From: an uncultured Actinomycetes bacterium
GTDB lineage: Bacteria; Actinomycetota; UBA4738; HRBIN12
DNA length: 64,000 bases
Direction of reading: 5' to 3'
NCBI GenBank assembly: GCA_963704725.1
Contig: OY969934.1
Span: forward strand, 3,168,001-3,232,000
Shown in pieces: positions 40,710-50,945 of this stretch. Numbering within the stretch: position 1 is the first letter of the stretch; each line of letters begins with the position of its first letter. The notes beneath the pieces were generated by a model. The model saw nothing but the letters and a program-made list of their open reading frames with translations. It was not told where the DNA came from and made no database searches. The translations under genes were made by a program, and so were the position numbers.

Positions 40710-40763
40710 CTACGTAATAAGTACGAGGACCTGCGAGTTCCCGAGCTCCGTCCTCGTCGTCAT
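40710..40763 (-). CDS. ilv-leu attenuator leader peptide MTTRTELGNSQVLVLIT (absent from ORF track)
   Basis: 17 codons ending GTC CTC GTA CTT ATT ACG TAG (Val/Leu/Ile run, several rare codons), located between a promoter and a terminator. Confidence 0.85.
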   Translation of the reverse strand: MTTRTELGNSQVLVLIT

Positions 40764-40772
40764 GGTCCGCTC

Positions 40773-40800
40773 AGTCTACGAGCGGACCCGGGACTGTCAA
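40773..40800 (-). promoter_or_regulatory. Sigma-A promoter of the ilv-leu operon
   Basis: TTGACA (40800-40795) - 16 nt - TAGACT (40778-40773). Confidence 0.8.
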
Positions 40801-40912
40801 CCTCCGGCCGACCGGTTCGCGCATCGGGCGGTCGGGGGACGGATCGCAGATCCCAACCGTCCGGACTGCTCGGGAAGCCGCGATCGGGGACCCACGGAGC
40901 ACGGTTTCGACG

Positions 40913-41695
40913 CTACCGGACGGCGGCGGCGGCCCACCGCCCGGCGACCCGCCGCACCGACAGGGGCAGGCCGAAGCAGGCGCTCACCGTCTCGGGCACC
41001 AGGACGGTGCCGGCGCTTCCGGCGGCCACCACGAGCCCGTCGCGAAGGAGCGCGACGTGCGTGGTCGTCGTGGGGAGCTCCTCGAGATGGTGCGTGACCA
41101 GGATCGTCGGCACGTCGTGGAGGTCGCCCGTCACCTCCAGGGCCGAGACGAGAGCCTCCCGACCGGGCAGGTCGAGCCCGGCCGCCGGCTCGTCGAGCAG
41201 CACCAGCCGCGGCCGGCCGAACAGGGCCCGGGCCAGGAGCACCCGTTGTCGCTCGCCTTGGCTGCACGCCTCGAACGCCTGACCGTCGAGGTGCTCGCAG
41301 CCGAGCCGCACGAGGAGCTCGTCGGCACGGCGACGGTCCGCCTCGTCGAACTCCTGGAACCAGGGGACGAGCGTGGACCGCTTGCCGGTGAGGACGACGT
41401 CGCGGACCGCCAGGCCGTCCGGGATACGGTCCGCGACGGCGTGCCCGACGAACGCGATGCGCTCGCGGAGCGCCTGGACGTCGACCCGGCCGAGCTCGGC
41501 GCCGAGGACCACGACGCGGCCCGCGCTCGGCTGGCGGATCGCGCCGGCCAGGCGGAGCAGCGTGGTCTTGCCCGAGCCGTTCGGGCCGAGGATCGCCCAC
41601 CGCTCGCCGGCGCCGATCAAGAGCGAGATCGGCCCGAGCACGCGGCGTCCGGCGATGCGGACCAGGGCGTCCTCGAACCCGACCACGGCGTCCAT
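40913..41695 (-). CDS. Orphan ABC transporter ATP-binding protein (ModF/YlmA-like)
   Basis: Walker A GPNGSGKT, signature SQGERQR, Walker B LLDEP, VTHH. Confidence 0.88.
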   Translation of the reverse strand: MDAVVGFEDALVRIAGRRVLGPISLLIGAGERWAILGPNGSGKTTLLRLAGAIRQPSAGRVVVLGAELGRVDVQALRERIAFVGHAVADRIPDGLAVRDVVLTGKRSTLVPWFQEFDEADRRRADELLVRLGCEHLDGQAFEACSQGERQRVLLARALFGRPRLVLLDEPAAGLDLPGREALVSALEVTGDLHDVPTILVTHHLEELPTTTTHVALLRDGLVVAAGSAGTVLVPETVSACFGLPLSVRRVAGRWAAAAVR

Positions 41696-41738
41696 CGCGC
41701 CGCAGCCTAGCGAGCGTCGCGCCCCCGGGCCGAGACGG

Positions 41739-42206
41739 TTACGCGATGAACACCCGGAACACGAAGTCGTACTCCGTGCCCGCGTCGTTCCGCGCCACCA
41801 GGCGCATGCTGCCGCGGGCTCCCCGGAACTCCCCGGTCCCGCCCGTGATCGCCATGACCGAGGGCGCGGCGTCGAAGAACGGGCCCTCGACCGTGAGCGA
41901 CCCGATCTCCAGCGCCGTGATCCAGCGGCACTCCCAGCTCACGCCGACCTCGATCCGGACGCACTCGCCCTGGTCGGTCCCGATCAGGGTCGTGTTGTCG
42001 GTGTCGAAGATCTCGTTGTGGAACGTCAGGAGATCTCCGGTCGAGTCGCCGTTCGTCGTGAGGTCGACCACCGTGTCGGTCGTGGCATGCTCGATCACCG
42101 CGATGCGCAGCACGTTCGGCCCCGCGGCCGAGACCGAGACCCACGACGCCACCAGCGCCGTCGCCGCGACGAACGCCGCGGCCACCCACGTCACCCGCTT
42201 GCCCAT
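41739..42206 (-). CDS. Secreted allene-oxide-cyclase/dirigent-like beta-barrel protein
   Basis: Signal peptide, GDLLTFHNEIFD, GTDQGECVR, AITGGTGEFRGARG. GGAGGAG RBS. Confidence 0.7.
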   Translation of the reverse strand: MGKRVTWVAAAFVAATALVASWVSVSAAGPNVLRIAVIEHATTDTVVDLTTNGDSTGDLLTFHNEIFDTDNTTLIGTDQGECVRIEVGVSWECRWITALEIGSLTVEGPFFDAAPSVMAITGGTGEFRGARGSMRLVARNDAGTEYDFVFRVFIA

Positions 42207-42269
42207 GCGCCCCTCCTCCGGTTCGGACGCGACAGTCTCGCCCTCCACGGGGTTCCGGCGCAACGCCGA

Positions 42270-42962
42270 TCACCCGGGGGGGTCGATCCCCAGCTCCGCG
42301 CGCAGGCCCGTCGCGCCGGCCTCGGTCACCGCCACGGCCCGCCCGGGCCCGGCCCGGCGGATCCACCCGAGCGAGAAGAGCCGGTCGCACAGCCCCGCGC
42401 CGAGCGCGCCGGCCAGGTGGTGGCGACGCTCGGTCCAGTCCAGACAGGCGAGCGCGAAGCCGCGACGCTGTTCGCGGGCGGCGACGACGTCGACGCCGAG
42501 ATCGGCCAGCAGGCCGGCCCCCGCCCGCGTGAGCTCGAAGCGGTCGTCGCGCCGGCGGACGGCACGTCGCGAGACCAGCACGTCCGTCACCGCCACGCCG
42601 AGCCGCCCGGCCAGGTGGTCGTAGCACGTGCGACCCGCCCGGAGCCGCTCGGCGGCCGTGACCCCACGGAGGGAGGTCGCCGGCCGGCGGGGCGCCACCG
42701 CGGCGAGCGCCTCCAGCGCCCGGGCCACCTCGGGGCCGGCCAGCCGGTACCGGCGCTGCCGTCCCACCTGCCGCACCTCGACGAGACCCGCCTCGACGAG
42801 CGCGGCGAGATGCGCGCTGCCCGTCGAGGGAGCCACCCCCGCCTCGCGCGCCAGGTCTCCCGCCGGGTGGGACCCACCGTCGCACAGGACGTCCAGCATC
42901 GCCGTGCGGGCGTCGCTCGCCATCGCCCCGGCCACCGCGGCGATGTCGGCCTCGGAATGCAT
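42270..42962 (-). CDS. ArsR/SmtB family winged-helix regulator (long form)
   Basis: AGDLAREAGVAPSTGSAHLAAL, GRQRRYRLA, RTCYDHLAGRLGV, CLDWTERRHHLAG. Confidence 0.88.
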   Translation of the reverse strand: MHSEADIAAVAGAMASDARTAMLDVLCDGGSHPAGDLAREAGVAPSTGSAHLAALVEAGLVEVRQVGRQRRYRLAGPEVARALEALAAVAPRRPATSLRGVTAAERLRAGRTCYDHLAGRLGVAVTDVLVSRRAVRRRDDRFELTRAGAGLLADLGVDVVAAREQRRGFALACLDWTERRHHLAGALGAGLCDRLFSLGWIRRAGPGRAVAVTEAGATGLRAELGIDPPG

Positions 42963-42985
42963 GATTCGATGATAGCCGAATCATG
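42960..42985. promoter_or_regulatory. Operator palindrome CATGATTCG-N8-CGAATCATG
   Basis: Perfect 9-bp inverted repeat covering the start codon and TATCAT -10 of the ArsR gene, in a divergent promoter region. Confidence 0.75.
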
Positions 42986-43030
42986 ACTGTCGTACCATGC
43001 CGGGCATCCCGACGGACGGAGGTGGCGACG

Positions 43031-43507
43031 ATGAGCGACGAGCGACCCGAGGTCGACGAGCGCGACCCCGCCGAGGCGATCGCGCAGATGGTGGAGCGGG
43101 TCCTCGGCCTGGCGCGGACGTGGACGGCGTGGGACGGCCGGCCGCGGCCGGTCGACGACCGCGTGTACACGCCGCACAAGGCGATCCGCCGTGTGGCCGA
43201 CCACATGCTCGACCACCTGGCGCAGCTCGAGGCGCACCTCGTCGGGGCGGTGCCGATCCCCGACGCGTGGCACGCCTCGGCCATCACGACCCCGGCCGAC
43301 CTCGCCCCGTTCGGTCTCGAGGATCTCGACGAGGCGCGGAGCCGGCTCTCCCGGCTCGCCGAGATCTGGCGCCTCCGTCTGGCCTCGGTCCCACCGGACG
43401 AGCTCGACCGGGCCCCGGGCGACGCGTACACGCCGCGGGAGATGGCGTTCTGCGTCGCCGGATCCGCGTACTACGCGGACGCCGTCGGGGAGCTGTCGAC
43501 GGGCTGA
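43031..43507 (+). CDS. Conserved hypothetical protein (DinB-like helical fold)
   Basis: YTPHKAIRRVADHMLDHLAQ motif. GGAGG RBS. Divergent from the ArsR gene. Confidence 0.7.
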   Translation: MSDERPEVDERDPAEAIAQMVERVLGLARTWTAWDGRPRPVDDRVYTPHKAIRRVADHMLDHLAQLEAHLVGAVPIPDAWHASAITTPADLAPFGLEDLDEARSRLSRLAEIWRLRLASVPPDELDRAPGDAYTPREMAFCVAGSAYYADAVGELSTG

Positions 43508-43595
43508 CGTTCCGCGCGGTGGGCGGCGCCGGAGGCCACGTCGGGCCGGCGCGGCCGGGCTCTCGGAGCCCGGCCGCGTGCCCGTCCCGCGCTCG

Positions 43596-44861
43596 TCAGG
43601 TCGCCAGCGGGGGGCTCGCCAGCTGTGCGAGCTGCAGGGCCTGCCCCGGGAACCACTGACCGGCTCCCGGGTCGATGCGTCCCCACTCGGGGTCGACCGT
43701 GGTCCCGGCCGGCCCGAGGCCCCGCGTGCACTCACCGTCGGACTCGCCCGGCACCTTCACCCACAGGTAGGCATCGATCAGCGGGTCCCCGGTCGTCGGG
43801 GTCGGCCGGAGCCCCAGCCCCCGGCCCGGCGGGTTGCACCAGTCCTGCGGATCCGGGTAGGCGCCCGCCTGGGGCGTCCAGTGACCCTGGCCGTTCCGGC
43901 TCGTGTCGACGACGAAGTGTGTGGTCGGGACCGCCGCGCCGAGGTTGGCGTCGTACCACTCGTCCGACAGGTGCCACGTGCTGAAGTCGTTCGGGTCGGC
44001 CGGGAAGTACTGGCTGGCGCAGTAGTCGTAGTGGCCGAGGCGCCACCCTCCGTCGTCGGGGTTGTTGGCGAACGCGATGCACTTGGAGATCCAGCTCCCG
44101 TACTTGGCGAGCTGCTCGGTGAACCGGTAGTTCGACACGTCGACGTAGAACCCCGCCGCGCGCTGAACGCCCGCCTTCACCAGACGGTCGGAGGCGTCGC
44201 CCACCCCGAGCCATGCGCTGTGGGTCCCGTCGAGATAGACGCTGACGTTCGGCTGCTCCAGGAGCCGATCGAGGGCGTGGTTGAGCTGGAAGAACCGGTC
44301 GCTCGCCGCGGTCGCGGGATCGGCCTCCGGCGGCTGGCACCACTCCATCGTGGTGCTGCCGATCGGCGTGTAGAACGGGATGATCCCCAGACCGTCGGGC
44401 TCGAGGATCACGATGGCCCGACGGTTCCCGATCCCCCGCGCGAACCCCTCGATCCACGCCAGATACTCCTCGGTGTTGGTCGCCCCGCCGGCCGAGAACT
44501 GCGCGCAGTCTCGGAACGGGATGTTGTAGGCGACGAGCGTGGGGATCGCCTTCTGCTTCGAGGCGGCCCGCATCGTGCGCTGCACCGCCTGCTGCACGTC
44601 GGCGGGATCGCCGCCCGTGAACCACACCGCGTGCGGCTGGCGGAGCATCGCCGTCAGCAGCGCCGCGTTCTGCTGGTCACCGGCCTGGTGCAACGCGGCG
44701 AGTTGCTCCAGCGCCCCCTGGCTCGGCGGCGGCACGTAGAAGCCGCTCCGCTCGGGCTTGCGCACGCCCGCCCCGGCGGCCGGAGCGACGATCGACAGCA
44801 ACAGGAGCGCGACCACCGCGACCGCGCTCCCCACGGCTCGACGGACCCCTCGCGTTGCCAT
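43596..44861 (-). CDS. Secreted glycoside hydrolase family 6 (cellulase-like)
   Basis: Signal peptide, AVWFTG, YNIPFRDC...SAGGA, ILEPDGL, YLDGTHSAW, VSNY, FVVDTSRNGQG, WCNPPGRGLG, LWVKVPGESDG. Confidence 0.92.
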   Translation of the reverse strand: MATRGVRRAVGSAVAVVALLLLSIVAPAAGAGVRKPERSGFYVPPPSQGALEQLAALHQAGDQQNAALLTAMLRQPHAVWFTGGDPADVQQAVQRTMRAASKQKAIPTLVAYNIPFRDCAQFSAGGATNTEEYLAWIEGFARGIGNRRAIVILEPDGLGIIPFYTPIGSTTMEWCQPPEADPATAASDRFFQLNHALDRLLEQPNVSVYLDGTHSAWLGVGDASDRLVKAGVQRAAGFYVDVSNYRFTEQLAKYGSWISKCIAFANNPDDGGWRLGHYDYCASQYFPADPNDFSTWHLSDEWYDANLGAAVPTTHFVVDTSRNGQGHWTPQAGAYPDPQDWCNPPGRGLGLRPTPTTGDPLIDAYLWVKVPGESDGECTRGLGPAGTTVDPEWGRIDPGAGQWFPGQALQLAQLASPPLAT

Positions 44862-44911
44862 GGCTTCCCCCTTCCTCCCGGCCGTCTCGGCCACGATGCC
44901 GCGGACGCCTT

Positions 44912-44971
44912 CGGAAACGATTCCGGAGCCTGACGGCCGGATCACCGGAAGCGTTTTCGAGACCGCTCCCA
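44912..44971. promoter_or_regulatory. Three LacI-family-like operator boxes upstream of the GH6 gene
   Basis: CGGAAACGATTCCG (44912-44925), CGGAAGCGTTTTCG (44946-44959), CGAGACCGCTCCCA (44958-44971). All are CG-centred. The last resembles the CebR box TGGGAGCGCTCCCA. Confidence 0.6.
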
Positions 44972-45054
44972 CCACGCGCGGGTTCCATTCCCGCGCATCC
45001 CGCGCTCTGGGTCAAGTCGGTCGCCGAGGCTACGGAAACGGCCCGCCCGGGGCC

Positions 45055-46284
45055 CTACGCGATCGCGGCGAGGAACTCGTCGAGGTCGGCGCCCACGTGG
45101 TAGCTGGCCTCGAGCGAGCCCTCGAGCGCCTCGATCGTCTTGTAGCCGTTGCCCGTGACGAGCGCCACGGTCTCCTCCTGCGCCCCGATCAGGCCCGCCT
45201 CGCACAGGCGGCGAAGGACCGCGATCGTGACGCCTCCGGCGGTCTCGGTGAACACGCCCTCCGTCTCCGCTAGCAGACGCACGCCGTCGATGACCTCCCG
45301 CTCGGTGCAGGCGTCGATGGTGCCGCCGGTGGCCCGGGCGGTCTCGATGGCGTACCAGCCGTCGGCGGGACTCCCGATCGCGAGCGACTTGGCGATCGTG
45401 TTCGGCTTGACCGGGAGCACCTCGTCCGCGTTCGCGGCGAAGGCACGGGCCACGGGCGCGCACCCCTCGGCCTGGGCGCCGCTGATCCGGCAGGGACGGT
45501 CGGCGACCGCCCCGATCTCGACCAGCTCGCGAAACGCCCGGTGGACTTTCGTCATCAGCGCGCCGGACGCGATCGGCACCACCACGTGGTCGGGAAGCCG
45601 CCAGCCGAGCTGCTCGGCGACCTCGAAGCCGAGCGACTTGGAGCCCTCCGCGTAGAACGGCCGCATGTTGACGTTGACGAACGCCCACGGCAGCGCGTCG
45701 GCGACCTCGCTGCACAACCGGTTCACGTCGTCGTAGCTGCCCTTCACCGCAACGACCTTGGCGCCGTAGGCCTCCGTCGCCAGGATCTTCGCGCGCTCGA
45801 GGTCGTCGGGCACGAACACGTAGCAGGGCATCCCGATCCTCGCCGCCGCGGCGGCGGTCGCGTTGGCCAGGTTCCCCGTCGACGCGCAGCTGATCGCCTC
45901 GAACCCGAACGCTCGCGCCATCGTCGTGGCCACGCTCACCACGCGGTCCTTGAACGAGTTCGACGGATTCACGCTGTCGTCCTTGATCCACAGCGCCTCG
46001 AGCCCGAGACGCTCGGCCAGACGGTCCGCCCGGCGCAGCGGCGTGAACCCCGCGCCGAGATCCACCCGCGGCACGTCGGGCCCCCCCGGAAGGAGCTGGT
46101 CGTAGCGCCACAGCGAAGGCGGGCCGGCCTCGACGTGCTTGCGGAAGTCGACGCCGTCGATCGCCGCCAGGTCGTAGGCGGGCTCGAGCGGCCCGAAGCA
46201 CTCCTCGCAGATCGTGAGCGGCTCGACCGGGTACCGCGCGCGACACTCCCGGCACGCCAGCGCCTGGGGGCTGGCGATCGTCAT
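45055..46284 (-). CDS. thrC: Threonine synthase
   Basis: N-terminal CxxC...Cxx[10 protein letters not shown] (PLP lysine), [31 protein letters not shown] overlaps the ilvD stop. Confidence 0.88.
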   Translation of the reverse strand: MTIASPQALACRECRARYPVEPLTICEECFGPLEPAYDLAAIDGVDFRKHVEAGPPSLWRYDQLLPGGPDVPRVDLGAGFTPLRRADRLAERLGLEALWIKDDSVNPSNSFKDRVVSVATTMARAFGFEAISCASTGNLANATAAAAARIGMPCYVFVPDDLERAKILATEAYGAKVVAVKGSYDDVNRLCSEVADALPWAFVNVNMRPFYAEGSKSLGFEVAEQLGWRLPDHVVVPIASGALMTKVHRAFRELVEIGAVADRPCRISGAQAEGCAPVARAFAANADEVLPVKPNTIAKSLAIGSPADGWYAIETARATGGTIDACTEREVIDGVRLLAETEGVFTETAGGVTIAVLRRLCEAGLIGAQEETVALVTGNGYKTIEALEGSLEASYHVGADLDEFLAAIA

Positions 46285-47960
46285 CCCGTGACGGCTCCCC
46301 GAGCGGCCGATCCCACGAGCTTCGCGTACTTGGCCAGGACCCCCGTCGTGTATCGGGGCGCCGGCGGCAGCCACTCGGCGCGGCGACGGTCGAGCTCGGC
46401 CTCGTCGACGACGACGTCGATCCGGCGGTTCGCGGCGTCGATGACGATGTCGTCGCCCTCGCGCACGAGGGCGATCGGCCCGCCCACGACGGCCTCCGGG
46501 GCGATGTGTCCGACGCTGTAGCCCTTGGTCGCGCCGCTGAACCGGCCGTCGGTGATCAGCGCCACCTCGGAGCCGAGGCCGGCTCCGGCGACGGCGGCCG
46601 TGACCGCGAGCATCTCCGGCATGCCGGGCGAGCCCTTCGGCCCCTCGTAACGGATGACGATGACATCGCCCTCGCGGATCCGGCCCGCCGTCACCGCGTC
46701 GAACGCGTCCTGCTCGGAGTCGAACGTCCGGGCGCGGCCGCGGAACTCGAGGGTCGCGGCGCCGGCGATCTTCATCACCGCGCCCTCCGGGGCGAGCGAG
46801 CCGCGCAGGATCGCCGTGCCGCCCTCGGCGTGGATCGGCGACGAGAGCGGGCGCACGACCGCCCCGTCCGGCGCGGGGATCTCCATCTCGTCGAGGTTCT
46901 CCGCCACGGTCTTGCCCGTCACGGTGAGCGCCCCGCCCGCCAGCAGGTCCGCGTCGAGCAGCATCCGCATGATCACCGGGACGCCGCCCACGCGGTCGAG
47001 ATCGCTCATCACGAACCGGCCGGCGGGCCGGACGTCGACGACGTGCGGCACCTCACGGCTGATCCGGTCGAAGTCCTCGAGCTCGAGGTCCACGCCGGCC
47101 TCGTGGGCGATGGCCAGGAGGTGCAGGACGGCGTTCGTGGATCCGGCCAGCGCCATGACGACCGCGATCGCGTTCGTGAACGCGTCCCTCGTCAGGATGT
47201 CCCGCGGGCGGATGCCGGCCCTCAGCAGCCCGGTCACGGCGACGCCCGAGTCCCGGGCCAGCACCTCGCGGCGGTAGTCGACGGCCGGGGGGCTCGCCGC
47301 ACCCGGCAGCGACATGCCGAGCGCCTCGGCCGCGGCGGCCATGGTGTTGGCGGTGTACATGCCCGCGCACGAGCCGGCGCCGGGACAGGCGGCCCGCTCG
47401 ATGCCCAGCAGGTCCGCGTCGGACAGCGAGCCGTTGGCGTGCGCGCCCACGGCCTCGAACACGTCCTGGATCGTGACGTCGCGCCCTTCGTACGTCCCCG
47501 GCAGGATCGTGCCGCCGTACAGGAAGACCGACGGCAGGTTGAGGCGCGCCATCGCCATGAGCATCCCCGGCTCGGACTTGTCGCAGCCCGCGATGCCGAC
47601 GAGCCCGTCAAAGCGCTCCGCGTGCATGACCAGTTCGACCGAGTCGGCGATGACGTCGCGGCTCACGAGCGAGGCCTTCATCCCCTCGTGCCCCATGGCG
47701 ATCCCGTCGGAGACGGCGATCGTCGTGAACTCGATGGGGACGGCGTCGCCCTGGCGGACGCCCTCCTTCGCCAGCGCCGCGAGCTTGTCGAGGTGGTAGT
47801 TGCAGGGCGTGACCTCGTTCCAGCTCGAGGCCACCCCCACCTGCGATCGGCCGAAGTCCTCCTCGGAGAACCCGACGGCGCGGAGCATCGCCCGGGCCCC
47901 GGCCCGCTGGGGGCCCTCCGTGACCTGCCAGCTGCGAGGACGCTTCGGGTCGCGATCCAC
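46281..47960 (-). CDS. ilvD: Dihydroxy-acid dehydratase
   Basis: [75 protein letters not shown] before GTG 47960. Confidence 0.96.
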   Translation of the reverse strand: MDRDPKRPRSWQVTEGPQRAGARAMLRAVGFSEEDFGRSQVGVASSWNEVTPCNYHLDKLAALAKEGVRQGDAVPIEFTTIAVSDGIAMGHEGMKASLVSRDVIADSVELVMHAERFDGLVGIAGCDKSEPGMLMAMARLNLPSVFLYGGTILPGTYEGRDVTIQDVFEAVGAHANGSLSDADLLGIERAACPGAGSCAGMYTANTMAAAAEALGMSLPGAASPPAVDYRREVLARDSGVAVTGLLRAGIRPRDILTRDAFTNAIAVVMALAGSTNAVLHLLAIAHEAGVDLELEDFDRISREVPHVVDVRPAGRFVMSDLDRVGGVPVIMRMLLDADLLAGGALTVTGKTVAENLDEMEIPAPDGAVVRPLSSPIHAEGGTAILRGSLAPEGAVMKIAGAATLEFRGRARTFDSEQDAFDAVTAGRIREGDVIVIRYEGPKGSPGMPEMLAVTAAVAGAGLGSEVALITDGRFSGATKGYSVGHIAPEAVVGGPIALVREGDDIVIDAANRRIDVVVDEAELDRRRAEWLPPAPRYTTGVLAKYAKLVGSAARGAVTG

Positions 47961-48057
47961 CGGTGACCTCCTGAACGTTGGGTCAGAATGGGTCTCGCGA
48001 CGATACCAGCGGGCCCGTGGGGGGACCGCGCTCGAGGAGACGTGGAGGATCGGACGC

Positions 48058-49509
48058 GTGGGGACCCGGGCCCGGCGACCGCCCGCCGCTCCTGCCCCGC
48101 GCCCGGCCGTCCGGTCGTGGTGGCTCGAGGAGGCGCTCGCGCACGGCGAGTTCGCGGGGCCCGAGGCTCCCCCGCTGGCTCGCGACACGACCGCCGACGT
48201 GGTCATCCTCGGCGGCGGCTACACGGGCATGTGGACGGCCTGGTTCCTCAAGGAGCGCGAGCCCGACCTCGACGTCGTCCTGCTCGAGACCGACATCTGC
48301 GGCGGCGGTCCGAGCGGCCGCAACGGCGGGTTCTGCGACGGCTGGTGGGGACACCTCGTCGACATCGTCCGGACCTACGGCGACTCCGACGCGATGGAGC
48401 TCCTGCTCATGGGGGCGCGCTCGCCCTCGGAGATCGGCGCCTGGTGCGCGCGCAACGGTGTCGACGCATGGTTCCGCCACGCCGGCGACCTCGCCGTGGC
48501 CACGAACGCCCATCACGAGGGGCACCTCGGCGGACTGTTCGAGACCGCCGCTCGCCTCGGGGTGGAGGGCGAGTTCGCGGCGCTGTCGCGCGAGGAGGTT
48601 CGCGACCGGTGCGACTCGCCGGCGTTCGGGAGCGGGCTCCTGATCCACGACGCCGCGAACCTGCAGCCGGCGCGCCTGGCGCGAGGGCTGCGCCGGGCGC
48701 TGATCGAGCGGGGCGTTCGGATCCACGAGCGGACGCCGGTGACGAGGTTCCGGGCGTCCCGGCCGGCCGTGGCCGAGACCCCGGGCGGCGTGGTGCGGGC
48801 CGGCGAGGGCGTCGTCGGGCTCGGCGCCTGGGCCACGTGGTGGCGGGCGTTCAAGCCGAGGACGACCGTGCGAGGCTCCTACATGGTCATCACCGCGCCG
48901 GCGCCCGAACGCCTCGAGGCGATGGGCTGGACGGGCGGCGAGCAGATCCGGGACCTGCGCTCCTCGATCCACTACGCGAGGACGACTCCCGACGGTCGGA
49001 TCGCGCTCGGGCTCGGGGGGCTGCAGCCGGATCTCGCCCGCCGGATCGACCACCGGTACGACTACGCGGAGCGGTACGCGCGTCGGGTCGCGGCGGACCT
49101 CCCCCGCCTGTTCCCAGCGTTCGCCGGGGTGCCGATCGAGGCCGCGTGGGGAGGGCCGATCAACGTCTCCGGATTCACCATGCCGTTCTTCGGGTCGATG
49201 GGCGCCCACGGCAACGTGCACTACGGGCTGGGCTACACGGGGAACGGGGTGGGGCCGTCGTATCTCGGCGGCCGGATCCTGGCGGCGCTGGCGCTGCACG
49301 CCGACGACGGGTTCACCCGGCTCGGCGTGATCACGCGTGAGCCGAAGCGGTTCCCTCCGGAGCCGATCCGCTCGCCCGGCATGCTGGTCGCCAACGCCGC
49401 GATCCGGCGCAAGGACGACGTGGAGGACGACGGCCGCCGCGTCGACCCGCTGACCTCGTTCGTCGCCCGGCTCCCCCGCCGGCTCGGCTTCAACCTGGGC
49501 CCCCGATGA
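48058..49509 (+). CDS. FAD-dependent oxidoreductase, DadA/PuuB-like (paralogue 1)
   Basis: [50 protein letters not shown]. Start approximate. Confidence 0.85.
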   Translation: MGTRARRPPAAPAPRPAVRSWWLEEALAHGEFAGPEAPPLARDTTADVVILGGGYTGMWTAWFLKEREPDLDVVLLETDICGGGPSGRNGGFCDGWWGHLVDIVRTYGDSDAMELLLMGARSPSEIGAWCARNGVDAWFRHAGDLAVATNAHHEGHLGGLFETAARLGVEGEFAALSREEVRDRCDSPAFGSGLLIHDAANLQPARLARGLRRALIERGVRIHERTPVTRFRASRPAVAETPGGVVRAGEGVVGLGAWATWWRAFKPRTTVRGSYMVITAPAPERLEAMGWTGGEQIRDLRSSIHYARTTPDGRIALGLGGLQPDLARRIDHRYDYAERYARRVAADLPRLFPAFAGVPIEAAWGGPINVSGFTMPFFGSMGAHGNVHYGLGYTGNGVGPSYLGGRILAALALHADDGFTRLGVITREPKRFPPEPIRSPGMLVANAAIRRKDDVEDDGRRVDPLTSFVARLPRRLGFNLGPR

Positions 49510-50918
49510 GCGCGCTGCCGCGCCCGGCCGATCGGAGCTGGTGGCTCGAGGAGGCCCTGTCGCACCCGGAGTTCGCGGGCGAGCCCCGCCCGGCGCTCGA
49601 CCGGGACGTGAGCGCCGACGTCGTCGTGGTGGGCGGCGGCTACACGGGGATGTGGAGCGCGTACTTCCTGACCGAGCGCGAGCCGGGCCTCGACGTGGTG
49701 CTGCTCGAACAGGACATCTGCGGGGGCGGCCCGAGCGGGCGCAACGGCGGGTTCGTGAACGGCTTCTACGACGACCTGTGGCTGCTCGAGGAACGCTTCG
49801 GCGACGAGGGCCGCCGGACCGCCGAGCTCGCGGCGCGCTCGATCGACGAGGTGGGGACGTGGTGCGAGCATCACGACGTCGACGCGTGGTACGGCGCGAC
49901 GGGCGACCTCGGGATCTCGACGTCGCCGGCGCAGGACGCCGTGCTCGCCGAGGTGGTCGCCGATCTCGATCGGCGTGGCTTCGGCGGCGTGTACCGGCCC
50001 CTCGACACCGGCGAGGTGCGCGAGCGCTTCGTCTCGCCCATCGCCCGAGGCGGCGTCCACGTCACCCACGCCGCGCACGTCCAGCCGGCCCGTCTCGCCC
50101 GGGGCCTGCGCCGGGTCCTCCTCGAGCGCGGGGTGCGCATCTACGAGCACACGCCGGTGACGCGCTTCCGATCGGGCCGGGCGCCCTTCGCCGAGACGCC
50201 CGCCGGCGCAGTCCGATCCGAGCGCGCGATCCTCGGCGTCAACGCGTGGGCGGCGGGCTGGGACGCCTTCCGCCGGAGCCTCTTGGTTCGCGGGACCTAC
50301 GTCGTCGTCACCGCCCCCGCACCGGAGATCCTCGAACGGATCCGATGGATCGGCGGGGAGGGCGTGTACGACTTCCGGACCGCGCTGCACTACCTGCGGA
50401 CGACCCCGGACGGTCGGATCGCGTTCGGCGGTGCCGGTCACGCCGTGTCCACGAGGAGGATCGACCCGCGATACCGGTACGACGAGCGCTCGGTCGCCGA
50501 CCTGGTGGGGGACTTCCGGACGTGGTTCCCGGCGTTCCGCGACGTCGCGCTCGAGGCGGCGTGGGGCGGCCCGATCGACGTGTCCGGATGGCACCTGCCG
50601 TTCTTCGGGACGCTGCCCGGCGGGCGCGTGCACTACGGGCTCGGGTTCACCGGCAACGGCGTCGGCCCCTGCCATCTCGGAGGCAGGATCCTGTCGGGAC
50701 TCGCGCTCGGCGTCGAGGACGAGGCCACCCGATCGCCGCTCGTGGACACGGAGCCCAAGCGCTTCCCGAGGGAACCGCTCTTCACGGCGGGCGAGCGGCT
50801 CGTGACCGGGGCCATCCTCCGCAAGGACGCGCGCGAGGACCGGGGCCGCCGTCCGGATCCGATCACGAACGCGCTCGCGCACCTGCCCAGGCGGCTCGGG
50901 TACAACCTCGGACCGTAG
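49506..50918 (+). CDS. FAD-dependent oxidoreductase, DadA/PuuB-like (paralogue 2)
   Basis: Same motifs, colinear with paralogue 1. ATGA overlap. Confidence 0.88.
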   Translation: MSALPRPADRSWWLEEALSHPEFAGEPRPALDRDVSADVVVVGGGYTGMWSAYFLTEREPGLDVVLLEQDICGGGPSGRNGGFVNGFYDDLWLLEERFGDEGRRTAELAARSIDEVGTWCEHHDVDAWYGATGDLGISTSPAQDAVLAEVVADLDRRGFGGVYRPLDTGEVRERFVSPIARGGVHVTHAAHVQPARLARGLRRVLLERGVRIYEHTPVTRFRSGRAPFAETPAGAVRSERAILGVNAWAAGWDAFRRSLLVRGTYVVVTAPAPEILERIRWIGGEGVYDFRTALHYLRTTPDGRIAFGGAGHAVSTRRIDPRYRYDERSVADLVGDFRTWFPAFRDVALEAAWGGPIDVSGWHLPFFGTLPGGRVHYGLGFTGNGVGPCHLGGRILSGLALGVEDEATRSPLVDTEPKRFPREPLFTAGERLVTGAILRKDAREDRGRRPDPITNALAHLPRRLGYNLGP

Positions 50919-50945
50919 CCCGGCCCACGACGCTCCCGCGCTTCA

